Virus record (IMG/VR): IMGVR_UViG_3300009370_000007
Coordinates: 32,001 to 96,000 of that record
Reading direction: 5' to 3' (one strand)
Origin: a virus
Length of the DNA: 64,000 nt
Shown one piece after another: positions 31,501 through 40,100 of this stretch. The translations under genes were made by a program, and so were the position numbers. Below the pieces are notes generated by a model that saw nothing but the letters and a program-made list of their open reading frames with translations, was not told the origin of the DNA and made no database searches. The first letter of the stretch is position 1, and each line of letters starts with the position of its first letter.

Positions 31501-34500
31501 TATCAATTGAAGGATATTCTCCTGCCATTGAAAGTGTATTTGCAATAAAGATTGCATTCAGATTCTTTATTCCTGTTGAGTCAATAACCTTATCTGTTTG
31601 AATCCATACATCGCCATTTCCCGTTGGAGTAAATGTACTAACAACTGTATCGGAGTCATAGAAGAATGCAAGAATTTCTCTATCGGCAGCATATTGGGCA
31701 GCCTTGCCTGCACTAAGGGCGCTAAGTGAAAGCGCGTTAACAGAATCTATTGCAGAATAACGAACCTCATACCATCCAGATTTTGCCTCTGCATATTGAG
31801 ATGGTGGCACACCAAAGGTTCCCCCGGATGGAACATTCTTATATGGTGCTAATTGCTGACCATATTCTCCGTCTAATGTTCCGTGGTATCCTCCGTTATT
31901 ATAATAATATAAATCAGAAACAAGATTTGCAGAACCAGTTCCATCATACACAGCAGAATTATTTGCATGATAACGATATAGTGTATTATTGTTTGCAGTA
32001 TTATACCAAAGATCACCATGAGGGTCTGCATTAGGAATCTGAGTTTCCCCATCAGAAAAGACAGGACTTAAAGTTGGGTCAGGACCATTATAACGATACT
32101 TCTCTATGTCGGTCGGGGCAGATCCATCAATAGTCCTACGTCCATGTGGCTGAATATATGTAAAGACCTTGCCGTCAGAAAGCCCCTTTAAATTAGTAAG
32201 TCCTACAAAGCTGTCAGCAGACATATAGTCAGAGGGTTTGGGGTTTTGTGATTCTATAGAAACTTCTTCTAATTGAAATCCATCATAATATACCGTCTTT
32301 GAACCAGCAAGAGTTGGTTTTAATTTTAGTATAATTTTATTTAATTCGTCCTTTGGAGATACTGATAAATCAAGAATTACATATTGTCTCAACCAGCCCC
32401 GCAAACCTGCTGTAGTTAGATTGCTAATATTAGTGGCAGTATCAGTAACAACATTGGCATCTTTGGTATAATCTTTAGAGTTTTCGGCAACAATACCGGC
32501 AACCTCAGAAACGCCTCCAGCCGAATCCGTTTCTTTTGAAAAATATGAAAGTATCCACTTCTTTCCCTCTGGAATATCAATTCCATATTTTTCAAAAGTT
32601 GTAGTGTCAGGAGTTCCTGTTGCAGTTGTATTTGAAAATATAATATCATATGATCCGGCACTTCCCGATGCAACTTTTAGACTACGAGGACTGTTCCAAA
32701 ATTTTGTAGAATCTAAACTAACTGTCCAACTACCACTTGCATCATAAGTTATTGCAAAATCTTTTAGAGATCTACGATTTGCCGTATCTATAGAATAAGC
32801 AGCTTCGGGTGGAGTTCCCCCAAATAATGAAAGTTCAGTTGGAATATAATTCTTCGTTCCAGACTTGGCTTCTGCAAATAACTGAAGATAAAGATCCCCC
32901 ATGAATCCAGCCGATTGATTCCCCATAGTAGCATGGTCATTGGCATTATACCAAATTCCTGCGCTGCCAGCATCAGTATTTTGCCAACGAGAAACAATCC
33001 AACTATTTGCAGGGCCTCTATTCGTATCAATCCAGATGTCTCCATTGCCCGTTGCAATTGGTTCACTATCTGAGAAAAATCCTACAACAAAATGATCTGC
33101 TGATGCTGCCTTTAATAGACCTTGATTGGCTGTTAATTCAATTCTTTCTAATTGATTATTCGCAAACAAGGCAAGATTATATGCATTTGCAGCAAGGCTA
33201 TTTGCTGCATAGGCAACTGCATTTACCGCAAGAATAGATAAGTCTTTTCCTTCATACCAACCAGTCTTAGAAGAAGCTCTATTAAATTCATTTGTATAAT
33301 AAACCGTTTGGGCCCAGGTTCCTGCATTGTCCTCGCCGAGCCCCCAAGTTTTGGAGAATGATGTATTTGTTAAATATACAAATGCAGCAGTATTATTAGA
33401 CGTATTAAACCAAAGGTCGCCTCTTGGATTTGGATTAGCTGTTCCATCTTCCGATATTGCAACATTAGGTCCATAGGTAGGGGCGGGTTGATGTGGGTAT
33501 GGATACTGATGATCCCAAAAAATTAATGATCTTCGATCTGCAACATTTTGGGCAGCATAGGATTGTAGATAAATTCGACCAAAGGCATCGTTTGGAGCAT
33601 GACGCCATGCAAGTGCTGTGGTATGATCGGCTGGTGTATTGGCAAATCCACCAATAGAATTTTGCCAACGATGAATTGCCTTTGTGCTTAGAGTTCCATC
33701 GGGAAGAACGGTTTTGTCATCGCCACCAGTATTTGCATTAATCCAAACATCACCATATTGGGCAGTCAGATGTTTCCATGAACCAGCATAGAAGGTATCT
33801 GTATCTTGTGCGTCGGTATAAATGGTAACTTCATGGAGGCTTGCATTTGCAGCAAGACGTTGGGCTTCTCTTGCTGCTGCGTCGGCATTGGAAATGTCAA
33901 TTCCCAGCTTAATAAGTTCCTCTTCAAGTGTAAGACTTCCAACAGAACTTCCAGATACTTGGAGAGCCGAGTTGGCAATAATGTTAACATCTATTTCACA
34001 CCATGCACTCGGATCATCGTCTATCGTTCCGCTATAGGCTTCGGCTCCTCCATCGGCCCCAATGCCGGGAGTTCCTACAAGAATATATGAGGCATTACTC
34101 TGAAAACCTAATGTTGCCGTGTCTGTATTTCCGGCACCAAAGACAGTATTCGATGCACCACAACGTACCATTGCTTCTAATAATTTGCCACCCTTTGTTG
34201 TTGGGGTTCCATAACGATTATCTCTTAGTTCACCTGAACCAATAATAAAAACATAACAATTTGGCCCTAACAGATTCAAGTCGTCTGCCAACTTGTCGGC
34301 ATTCGTATGATTATCTGGAGTTGTTATATTATAACGCCAACGCAGAGGGGTGACTCCCAGTGCTGCGGGAACTGTTTGAATTCCATTTTCAGTTGAAGAA
34401 GCTGGTGCGTTCGGCATCATTGTGGTATCACCATCATCAATCGTTGCACCACGGAAACCACCAACTACTCGATCCCAAATATATACGTCAAACTCTCCTT

Positions 34501-36865
34501 GGTCTGCCAGTTTAGTGGCCCCGGTATCAACCCAATATCTAGCGGTGGCGCTTTCAGCAGCTTCAGGATACAAACCAAAACCATAGGTTGGTATACTAGG
34601 ATCTGCAAATGGAGCCATATTAGCTGGATCATCAAAGCCGTTGGTTATATTTTTTCCGCCTTGAGAAATAAGTCTAAAGGAATAATGATCTTTTTTCCAT
34701 GAAGGATCTTCAACTTCGCGAAGCCTTAAAGATTCAACATCGAGATGCTGGTCTGTTTGATGAAAAGCATTGGTAATTTGCAGACCAACACTCATCATTT
34801 TGGTACCCGATGTTGGATAATAACGATAGAAATATTGAGTATGTCCAGATGCAGTTAGAGTAACTTCATCAGCAGTTATTACCCGATTTCCAGTTACAGT
34901 ATTTGCAGAACCACCACCATAAGAAATATGAGTTTTAGTTTTATCATCTAAATCAGCATCATATTCCACAATCCGCAATATGGGCGCTGTAACATCCGAC
35001 CCGGAGCTGACCTTTGCACTATATGTAATTGCCCAATGTGTTTCTCCGGGTTTTAATGCAATGGCAGGAGTCACAACACCAACGGTCTTATCTGACACAG
35101 AGGCAAATGCAGTATTTGAAATTCGTAGAACTCGATTTCCTCTGAATCTTGGATCTGGATTTACATATCCATAGACATCTTCACTATATGATGATGTTGC
35201 ATCATATCTAAATGCCTCAAGTCCAGCGGGAACCCATCTTCGCTTGTTTCCATGCTGCGCGAACTTCCCTATATTAAAATTCCAATTCTTGAATGCCATT
35301 TCACCAGCAGTTGTCAGATCAGTTCCTTGGGTATCATCTAAAAATTGTTCTTCAATCCAATCCAGAGAAGCACTAAAATTGGAAATAGACGCGCTTTCAA
35401 CATGAGTTGCATTTGTAGAAATAGTACCTAAAGCAAGATATTCTTCTGGGGAGGGAAGAACAGTCCATTCATCTGCCCCGCTAACATACATCCACCCAAG
35501 CTCAAGTTCGTTAATAGCCATTTTGAAATCATCACCATGACCGTGATTTCCAATACTATCGGAATCATAAGGATTCGTTGTATCGGATCTCCAAATAACC
35601 CACGCATCCGTATTTCCGGCAATTGAATTAACAACCCCGGGAATAACATTCTGCCGAGTCCCGTCAACGCCAACAGTGAATCCGTTTTTTGTCGCAGAAG
35701 GTTCGCCATCTGAACCAAAGGAATGAACCCAAAGATATTTGGCAGTATCCACATTAAATTTACTATGGTTTAGTTTAAATCCTAATGCGGGAGAATTAAT
35801 ATCAACTGTGGACGTAACATTTTCCAGTACATTAATTCGACTTCCATGAGAACTTAAAGCAGTCTGAAGAGATCCGGCGGGGCCACCGCCGCCGCGAATA
35901 ATAGGTTGATTATCACCATCATAGATAATAATTCCACCCGCCTGTATATTTCCATCCTTATCAATATGCCATCCCGAGCCGGGAGTAGATTGATTCCACG
36001 AAATGCTATGAATTACATTTGCAACCTTTTGATTTGTGACAGTCAGGTCTTTAATGAATGCACCAAAAATAGAGCCTTCGTTATCAATTCTTAAACTTGG
36101 ATGATTGAAATCAAATATAATATTATCATATTTAATTGAACTTATGCCTGTTGCCAAACTAGTCTCAGGTGTTGGATAGGTTAGTGTTCCATCTGTTGCA
36201 TCTGTTCCCGTTAACCCACGACAAGGATCAAGTTCAATTCTAATTCCAATAATTTCTTTATCTTTAGGAGTGACAGCCCTCCAATTAATAGTCTGCCACA
36301 CATTAAGAGTGTGGTCGGGAGCAATTGGAGCAACAAAAGTAGTGGAGCCCTTTGAGTCTTTATTTGCTGCATCTCGATAGGAAAGCGTAATTGAAATTCC
36401 AGGGGTTCCATCTGTATATGAATCTAATTTATAACTATAACTTCCCGTAAGGAATATATTCTGATAGAGTGGTTCATGATTTTCGCCCTGGCCATCAAAG
36501 TCAATATTACGATACCAATAATTTGTAGATCCTGTATTTTCAAAATCTACACTATAGGCACCAGTAAAGGCGTCTGTACTTCTGGACCAATTTGATCCGA
36601 CAGCCGTCCATCCATCGGCAGGCGAAGAGGGGTCTGCCCATTGATTAAATCGAGGATTAAATCCATAGATGGTTGCAGAATCTTGCTGGGTGTCTGTATC
36701 CCTATCAACAATGAGAGCATCTGCGGTGATAGTGCCAGCAACATGAAAGGTAGAGTTAGGAGATGCCGTATGAATACCAACACGGCCATCATACCCAACA
36801 GAAATTGATGGTTTGGTTGCCTCAAAGGTGGATCTAAATTGTGTATTACCAATAAATTGCGGCAA
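22544..36865 (-). CDS. giant modular tail fibre/adhesin (4773 aa) with CBM-like repeats, ILEI-like, LamG-like and GpJ/DUF1983-like motifs
   Basis: TTG start with AAGGA upstream. Contains VGIHTASPNSTFHVAG (fibre motif), AFIKDLTVTNQKVANVIHS...GWHIDKDG, repeated GD(V/I/L/F)W motifs, repeated KW(I/L)xSAYVK...FQLEE domains, and GHWKFD...FDEARYYDRVLT (LamG-like). Confidence 0.8.
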   Translation of the reverse strand: MPQFIGNTQFRSTFEATKPSISVGYDGRVGIHTASPNSTFHVAGTITADALIVDRDTDTQQDSATIYGFNPRFNQWADPSSPADGWTAVGSNWSRSTDAFTGAYSVDFENTGSTNYWYRNIDFDGQGENHEPLYQNIFLTGSYSYKLDSYTDGTPGISITLSYRDAANKDSKGSTTFVAPIAPDHTLNVWQTINWRAVTPKDKEIIGIRIELDPCRGLTGTDATDGTLTYPTPETSLATGISSIKYDNIIFDFNHPSLRIDNEGSIFGAFIKDLTVTNQKVANVIHSISWNQSTPGSGWHIDKDGNIQAGGIIIYDGDNQPIIRGGGGPAGSLQTALSSHGSRINVLENVTSTVDINSPALGFKLNHSKFNVDTAKYLWVHSFGSDGEPSATKNGFTVGVDGTRQNVIPGVVNSIAGNTDAWVIWRSDTTNPYDSDSIGNHGHGDDFKMAINELELGWMYVSGADEWTVLPSPEEYLALGTISTNATHVESASISNFSASLDWIEEQFLDDTQGTDLTTAGEMAFKNWNFNIGKFAQHGNKRRWVPAGLEAFRYDATSSYSEDVYGYVNPDPRFRGNRVLRISNTAFASVSDKTVGVVTPAIALKPGETHWAITYSAKVSSGSDVTAPILRIVEYDADLDDKTKTHISYGGGSANTVTGNRVITADEVTLTASGHTQYFYRYYPTSGTKMMSVGLQITNAFHQTDQHLDVESLRLREVEDPSWKKDHYSFRLISQGGKNITNGFDDPANMAPFADPSIPTYGFGLYPEAAESATARYWVDTGATKLADQGEFDVYIWDRVVGGFRGATIDDGDTTMMPNAPASSTENGIQTVPAALGVTPLRWRYNITTPDNHTNADKLADDLNLLGPNCYVFIIGSGELRDNRYGTPTTKGGKLLEAMVRCGASNTVFGAGNTDTATLGFQSNASYILVGTPGIGADGGAEAYSGTIDDDPSAWCEIDVNIIANSALQVSGSSVGSLTLEEELIKLGIDISNADAAAREAQRLAANASLHEVTIYTDAQDTDTFYAGSWKHLTAQYGDVWINANTGGDDKTVLPDGTLSTKAIHRWQNSIGGFANTPADHTTALAWRHAPNDAFGRIYLQSYAAQNVADRRSLIFWDHQYPYPHQPAPTYGPNVAISEDGTANPNPRGDLWFNTSNNTAAFVYLTNTSFSKTWGLGEDNAGTWAQTVYYTNEFNRASSKTGWYEGKDLSILAVNAVAYAANSLAANAYNLALFANNQLERIELTANQGLLKAASADHFVVGFFSDSEPIATGNGDIWIDTNRGPANSWIVSRWQNTDAGSAGIWYNANDHATMGNQSAGFMGDLYLQLFAEAKSGTKNYIPTELSLFGGTPPEAAYSIDTANRRSLKDFAITYDASGSWTVSLDSTKFWNSPRSLKVASGSAGSYDIIFSNTTATGTPDTTTFEKYGIDIPEGKKWILSYFSKETDSAGGVSEVAGIVAENSKDYTKDANVVTDTATNISNLTTAGLRGWLRQYVILDLSVSPKDELNKIILKLKPTLAGSKTVYYDGFQLEEVSIESQNPKPSDYMSADSFVGLTNLKGLSDGKVFTYIQPHGRRTIDGSAPTDIEKYRYNGPDPTLSPVFSDGETQIPNADPHGDLWYNTANNNTLYRYHANNSAVYDGTGSANLVSDLYYYNNGGYHGTLDGEYGQQLAPYKNVPSGGTFGVPPSQYAEAKSGWYEVRYSAIDSVNALSLSALSAGKAAQYAADREILAFFYDSDTVVSTFTPTGNGDVWIQTDKVIDSTGIKNLNAIFIANTLSMAGEYPSIDTGVTRDGQILYWNTAPDSAIGRMYLESYAAGVLGKFNRGTNIMPRGLSLFDAPTYDYLITEDSQASDIPYVIGTFNDAYGSVTLDDTVGHIGENSLKLTTVGSSGTMLQILFANTESDVLARATPDIATFREYGIPIPKGKKWIYSAYVKSNEALASGLKFSWYTSNVGSASHILGLNGEYDASGYPATSSAFDLIEQDNETVFTRYECVIDLTSGDSANSTHIIPGIQIKRTANIVNLDAFQLEEAVGDNRTASEFKEPSDGVAVIFGRRITDGKLVAFYGNEAPGPMGPNPEITPSGYPNPEPHGDFWINTEAGANNNMMFRYFANSSAVYQGTGVHAHTYAAIHGPGETPTASSNSGWYDIRDKKVYTAEILASAAQAAADREIIAFFENHNADVDDFKPTGNGDVWIHQNKTVNPNGTANLGAIFVANSGAHDSEGMIPTDHEDGGGNTLTWHRAPNNAIGLMYLQSYSETSGKVVTFFANSAAQIQVATYPSSAKWRGYGPLPETTPTGQPNQRPHGDMWLNTEPGSNNNQLFRYYQNAVGTYQGTGTANLTPYVFRYPNNKLAESNPKSGWYEMRDASIYVVNATAYSAVSDALKGIQDAADAAAKADRDIKTFIQPTEPTPLGNNDVWINTSVLDDFDRVNTWSVSTFVNNYSETTYDPTNPDTGFPPGTKKVRWEGPPDYEISGLGSFYLQAYLEATNRSKNYFPRPISLFDEQHYDYLITETSKASNTPYAIGIPQYSTTVTIDDTVGHIGENSLKMTIAGTTSSYMQILFANTRSTRAAEPVATPDIATFRKYGILVPKGRKWIYSAYVKSDTAITDGLKFSWYTSNVGSASHIFANSVSAVDLPASTDGVTFHRYSCIIDLTKSHNANVTHLIPGIQIDHIASHINFDAFQLEEIHPDVEALLPSAYITSDEGPGMSWSRGLTDRAMISHLADHRGTDPNYFGPDPRYDQNGRVVADPHGDFWCDTANNFAVFRYHANDSAVWAVSNDTGTANLGCEAFYYVSATNPFPGADLAVGQKFPKSTKGHSGWYEIRDQTVLEIERNLSGNAGRLETAQTSLQSVTAALTTGDGLDSLLGPLGSGEDHSGGLIERLKQVEILDDNEIVAFIQPTNPYPNVANGDIWVDTGRYPTVNSWSISRWQNTSATIPPGPDGYWANPNTYTYDIGAGSTPGYAPLGAFGKFFLTNYLASLGSNKNYMPRGYSLFDSRDDDYSIVGALTHAPATAIQRPYPITHQALELVPDSGTEVSSIVTSVGFDDTQESPVGGRTLKVVVTANASPNYGVALSFANTTNPMLQGTDSRKRFGSDFAINIPKASKWLFSAYVKTDVLPQVGHGVRATFTGANSSTIDGSLDAFHGGYVWGLEYSDVSLSQLRQGPDAVNEWKRLSWLFDLSGDIDEYTNDTGSHNLYANTFTRIIPRLDIRQHLSATPGAITNWHFAGLQLEQVAGDTSYAGASALEPTFFMAPDEGPSINWNRGLSDGAVRIYEGMSHERGGNWNPWGPDPTKTQSGIANPAPDGDRWLNTDLNLEFVYQANSTNRTSNSIYMFANTSSDAKSGWYLVGTIQPPAAPDSDGLRGHWKFDGAFKEGALKRGGPAFGGTTKVYNGTKGLVANVFHDYAGDMGPALVRVTGTNQNGYANVVNKLHRSTDAIIGHSFTSNAEINSSTDGAGVIVDLIDEDEPLWGQDTKERTLAVWFKPIAYDDIATESAIWDAGYTNYGRFGNANKTGRSYATLEQKDLWVEYSSNDRRANGHYSNAMFWEAGGGPEHYIGFGTSPGQRGTFTGTGAIKQNTWNFVVTTWDFNKSKQSFFIYNVDDGLVYANTNTTITVSQPAPSVNVHLGGIASGFGTSKEMVANFDEARYYDRVLTVPEIQGLFITHPGDQDLDLGGFVYEDGDTIDRMKPFQPGATDGRHLYLSVRNKRGPGFSQVNDQYAYLHGYNQDAQAAPVNGFIQTREETTDEFGDDLTVHKLTEAKHGPIKVGITGTKDDGYILYQTNAISGTAGVFSPATGGESRHFAFAQPTARRANSSGGWSTWRYDDGEGDWHYIYPNDKEILVIGDARVSKDPDFDVIDIWSLAPASPRTIRNSSDVIITDVDQPGVSSNWARELSSSGGAGGGIVYEDETTATILDRLADGDKYLHQPHWTRGARHGKDGEDSWIEFRANQHPTFVNNEEDYNNHLWATSIHIYWGQNITDFTTGIRDGVTKYQYAIIAKADSPGATWTNVAGVFTGLDTDYPTVSSVEDPKSWANSRPLLLANTGPDAVFFPTIEQQDPTNAKYAGRNPEGISLPTIDPVGQFVGTLRIFVGNTWWTSAAETDGIQDSDGGAPQHWHIASDTSDSRTIPSIHEVEIWRGSAGRDSYAGDFAGRPETDNSLIGDVSVNYASVIEALGGTGSEIADMIADTGDVQITDTMIEGLSGEKINAGTLTSQSIGSGAILTGHLEVLGGYNNLIFDPDFIHGYLQYPSPGVHRVTGVDSGLTESIGYGIEEQIRAHCAYDRWANGHNDGQCTANVTFDYSHPDISGYLNPAAGNIITANLHWTVAEVNRLNGGAGTHWSLIDYQDGADHITHPDAYSSDGGTVTLSADNSKMFMSVWLPPGYHSNGGSVGWWYESDWETGSQSDWEADRARVAISHNKVMFGTHGQAQNPVKLMGEGYVVGGSGRNEMRYTIGPTSNVGTDVTNPANRRLVSPANTVFSFSIWARKLDSQDHGTLYHDGTPKPPQAGNTDRYNHPGYRSVDPGPDDKNIWGPDHWDTDTDRYGALQDGAGTNRTGKANNIIRACAEFFAADGTRCGKIVGPWTEPFHQPSAGLSHVSGSVYSAGTTDADPLTKNFGRYKYGWREINFTGNGAAVEYGRSGHEINRVWSIRDRGIISPDQIPQTVRPEISYMTVGVEFSLGARVGTWGTVGDNISPNAQGAHYFLAGPKLARAVGTLDVDEINAGSITLGDFKSKYGIGTSGKMTLDGENSRIIVSD
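28968..29355. repeat. intragenic direct repeat, copy A
   Basis: Near-identical blocks with 30978-31365, e.g. aaaatatgagaagccga, atttaacata(t/g)gcagaataaatccatttt, taaaggttgcaatatctgg, ccaatatgtcctactgtatc. Offset about 2010 nt. Confidence 0.85.
30978..31365. repeat. intragenic direct repeat, copy B
   Basis: Partner of 28968-29355; both encode DDTVGHIGENSLK...ATPDIATFRxYG...KWIYSAYVKS...GLKFSWYTSNVGSASHI. Confidence 0.85.
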
Positions 36866-36876
36866 TTCGATATTCC

Positions 36877-37131
36877 TTATAGCTTATCAATAATAGTCTG
36901 AAGAAGAGACTTGACTTCCCCCATATCGTTCTTCAAAATATTAATTTCGTCTTTCATACTATTTATTTCATTTTCAGCAGTTTTGCTACGCTCGAATTGC
37001 TTGCGGCGAATTAAATGTTGTTTAAATTTATTTAAATCAGAAGGAAGGAGAGCATTGTTAGTTGGATCTTTAACAAAAGAAGAATTCTCTGTTTTTAAAA
37101 GCCGATCTTCATCTAGTTCATCATTTCTCAT
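36877..37131 (-). CDS. small coiled-coil protein following the DUF4815 gene
   Basis: FVKDPTNNALL...EINILKNDMGEVKSLLQTII; motif and position match the small gene that follows DUF4815 genes in T4-like environmental phages. Confidence 0.75.
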   Translation of the reverse strand: MRNDELDEDRLLKTENSSFVKDPTNNALLPSDLNKFKQHLIRRKQFERSKTAENEINSMKDEINILKNDMGEVKSLLQTIIDKL

Positions 37132-37140
37132 AATAGCCTT

Positions 37141-40100
37141 TTAAGTTAAAGCAATTGCTCTTAAATCTCTAATCACAGGAGTCTTATTTCCTGTAGAATC
37201 ATCAGAGTGCATCACTAATTTAATTGCAAATGTTTGGAAAGTATCATACGAATCCTCATATTTTCCTTCATAGGCAATGCGTTCGCCGGGTGTTCCATAT
37301 TCATATTCTGACACAGGAAGCATATCAACACTTTCAGGTGAACTGGGTTTAAGATCAAACCGCCCACTAGATTGAGGCTGAAGCCTGACCCAAGATTTTT
37401 GATCGAACGTGTCTGGATCTTCGGCAGCAAGAACTTTATAATAAACATGAATATTAGTTCCAATTGGTTTGTGTGCAGTAACATAAACCTTAAGATCCCT
37501 TGCGTCAAATCCCTTTCTTAAATTTACTCTCCGAGTAATATATCGGAAATCTGCATTTCCACCAGAAGGAGAAGTTTCTCCCATATATGTAAATTCTGCA
37601 TTGACCGTGGGGCTTCCCGTCTTATTTACCCAAAGTGGATTACTATGATAACCAGAACCAGCGTTTGTTAGTTCATATGTAGCAACACCATTGTCACCAG
37701 AATTATCAGTAAGAACTGTAATCAATCCTCCTGTTCCTCCACCTCCGACTGCCTCATAGGTATCATCAACTGTTGAGCTGTTGTCTCTGCCATCAGAAAT
37801 CTTTTCAATTTGAGAATACTTTAATTCGCCATTATTAATCTTATGTTCAGTATATGACAATTTAACTTGCGTTGGATCAATCATCGGACTAGTAAAATCA
37901 GTACCCTCAGAAGTCAGTCTTGCCTTTACTTCAAATGTACCAAACTCGTTTGCAGGAAAATCATCATCATTTCTTAATTTAAGTGCCTCAGTTAAAGTTT
38001 CATATGTGGAATTTGGAACAAGATCATCGTAGGCACCATAATTACCATCCTCATCCTGTCCGCGATATTGATAAGAAATGTCTGTTTGAGTTGGTTCCAT
38101 GTCAGTAAGTCGAACTGCAAATGTATGAATGGTACTATTTCCGGTTGCCATTTGCTCGCCCGCTCTTAACGTGAGCGTGGCATCAGAATTTGAGAATTTA
38201 CATCTGCGAAGTCTAAACATTATGTCTGAATATGGATCTTGTTTCCAAGGAGAATGTGGGGCTCCTTGAATATCAGATTTAAACATTGTTCCACCAACTT
38301 GATCTGAAGTTGTTGCGAGAATTGAATTTTCATGTCCACCAATAGGAACGGCTCCTGTATCAATTCCTGTTCCTACTAGATTTTCTCTTGAATCTGCCGT
38401 CCATAATTTATACTTATCGCTGGCAGAAGAAACAACAAAGCAGTAAGTTTTTCCTGGCATTAAATATGCCGGAGCATCAAATTTAAATGAAGTCCAAGTT
38501 GATGCCTTTGTCATATCTGGAACTTGATTTCTTGTGCCGTCTGGACTTTCTATGTATGGGTCTGCGTCTGTAATAACAACTTCATCAGCAGTAAGTTCTG
38601 CCCATGCATGAGAACCACCACCCACAGATAAAATGACATTATCAGGAAAATTATTAACCATTGGTCTAATATCTACCCTAACTGGAAGGTCTGCGTCTCC
38701 TCCTCCCTTAGTAGACCCAACAACTGAAACTTGTGTATTTGGTTTATCGGCAAAGAATAAATCTATTCCAGAAAGCCAAACTCCACCTTGAGCCATTCCG
38801 GTTGATGGTATAGTAAATGATTGTGCCAACGGATCTTGCCATTGTCCCTCCATTGCCCCAACTACTGTGCTCATTGCGGCATCTTGTGTGGCTTGTATAT
38901 GGCCCTTGAATACAGTCTCAATAAGATCAGGATCTGTTGTAACATTTGCCTGGGCATTGAGCTTGCCATGTGTAATCCAATTAAGAGCTTTACTATGATA
39001 AAGATCCCCTGCCGTAAGAGAAATAGTAGGAGGAATAAGATCACCTGTTTTTTGATTAACGCTGCCTATACCATGCTGTGTAATAACAATATCAGTAATA
39101 CAACCACCCGAGGTAATGCAATATCCCTCAACGCCGTCAACATCCCCTCCAGTAAATTTAACTCCAGGGAAATTAAAAGTTCCTGTCTCCGTTCCAAGTC
39201 CAAAATAATTATAATCCTTTGCCTCTTGAGAATCCTTGTGAACAATCTTTCCCCAAACATTATCTCCACGGAATTCCCCCGAGCCAGTTTCCCAGGGATG
39301 AGTTCCGCCACAAGAAGTTGAGCCGCCGGGAATAGTCACATCACTAACAATAGCAAATACTCCTTCGCCTCCATCTGATGTAGTACGAAGGGGATATATA
39401 CCATCAGCTTCTAATGGATTATTTGCAATCTCATGAAAATTTGCTTTTTCAAGTTTTGTGAAGTATTTCGTCGTCGAGACAACAGCATCTCTTGTTGTTT
39501 CTGTCCAACCTTCGGCTGAATACTCTCCATGAGCAAAACTGGTTGTGTATATTGGATTATTATCTCCACGATTTGAAATTGAAAAAGTTCTCGCACCATA
39601 TGGAAACATAATTTTTTCAGGATTAAATGGTAAATGGAACATTCCAAAAAATTCACCATGTCTATTTGTATATGGAACATTTCCACAACCAACAGGAAGT
39701 CCGCGATAATCAGAATATAGATTATTGGCTACGGGAGCCGCAGCCTTATTAATTATGGTATATGTCGAGCCAGTCGTGGGAGCATCTGACTCGACAATTT
39801 CCCGAGAATACGCATATCCCTTCTTGGCTCCGCTATCTATATACCTATCAATCATGAAAGAGGTTCCCTCACCCGGAGCTTTGACAACTCTTCCATTAGA
39901 ATCTTTTTGAGGAACTCCTCGAACAATATTAACCTGAGTTTGACCCGCAATCATTTCATTTGTGTCTAACGCTCCGGCACCAGTAAGAGGATAATAACCA
40001 AAGGAATTTGAAGTATAGATTTCGGCGTCTGGAGCAAGTTTAATCCAGCCTCCTCGATCTGTTCCAAGATCATTTTTCAATGTTGCATGAGAACCAAAGC

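Noticed and set aside
22737-36852. Many short ORFs nested in the giant fibre gene (e.g. 28217..28765, 30164..30865)
   Set aside because: Antisense or out-of-frame shadows of a long coding region; no recognisable motifs.
13009-36865. Diversity-generating retroelement acting on the fibre genes
   Set aside because: No reverse transcriptase in the window. The one DNA repeat pair is coding in both copies, and its differences are not adenine-specific.
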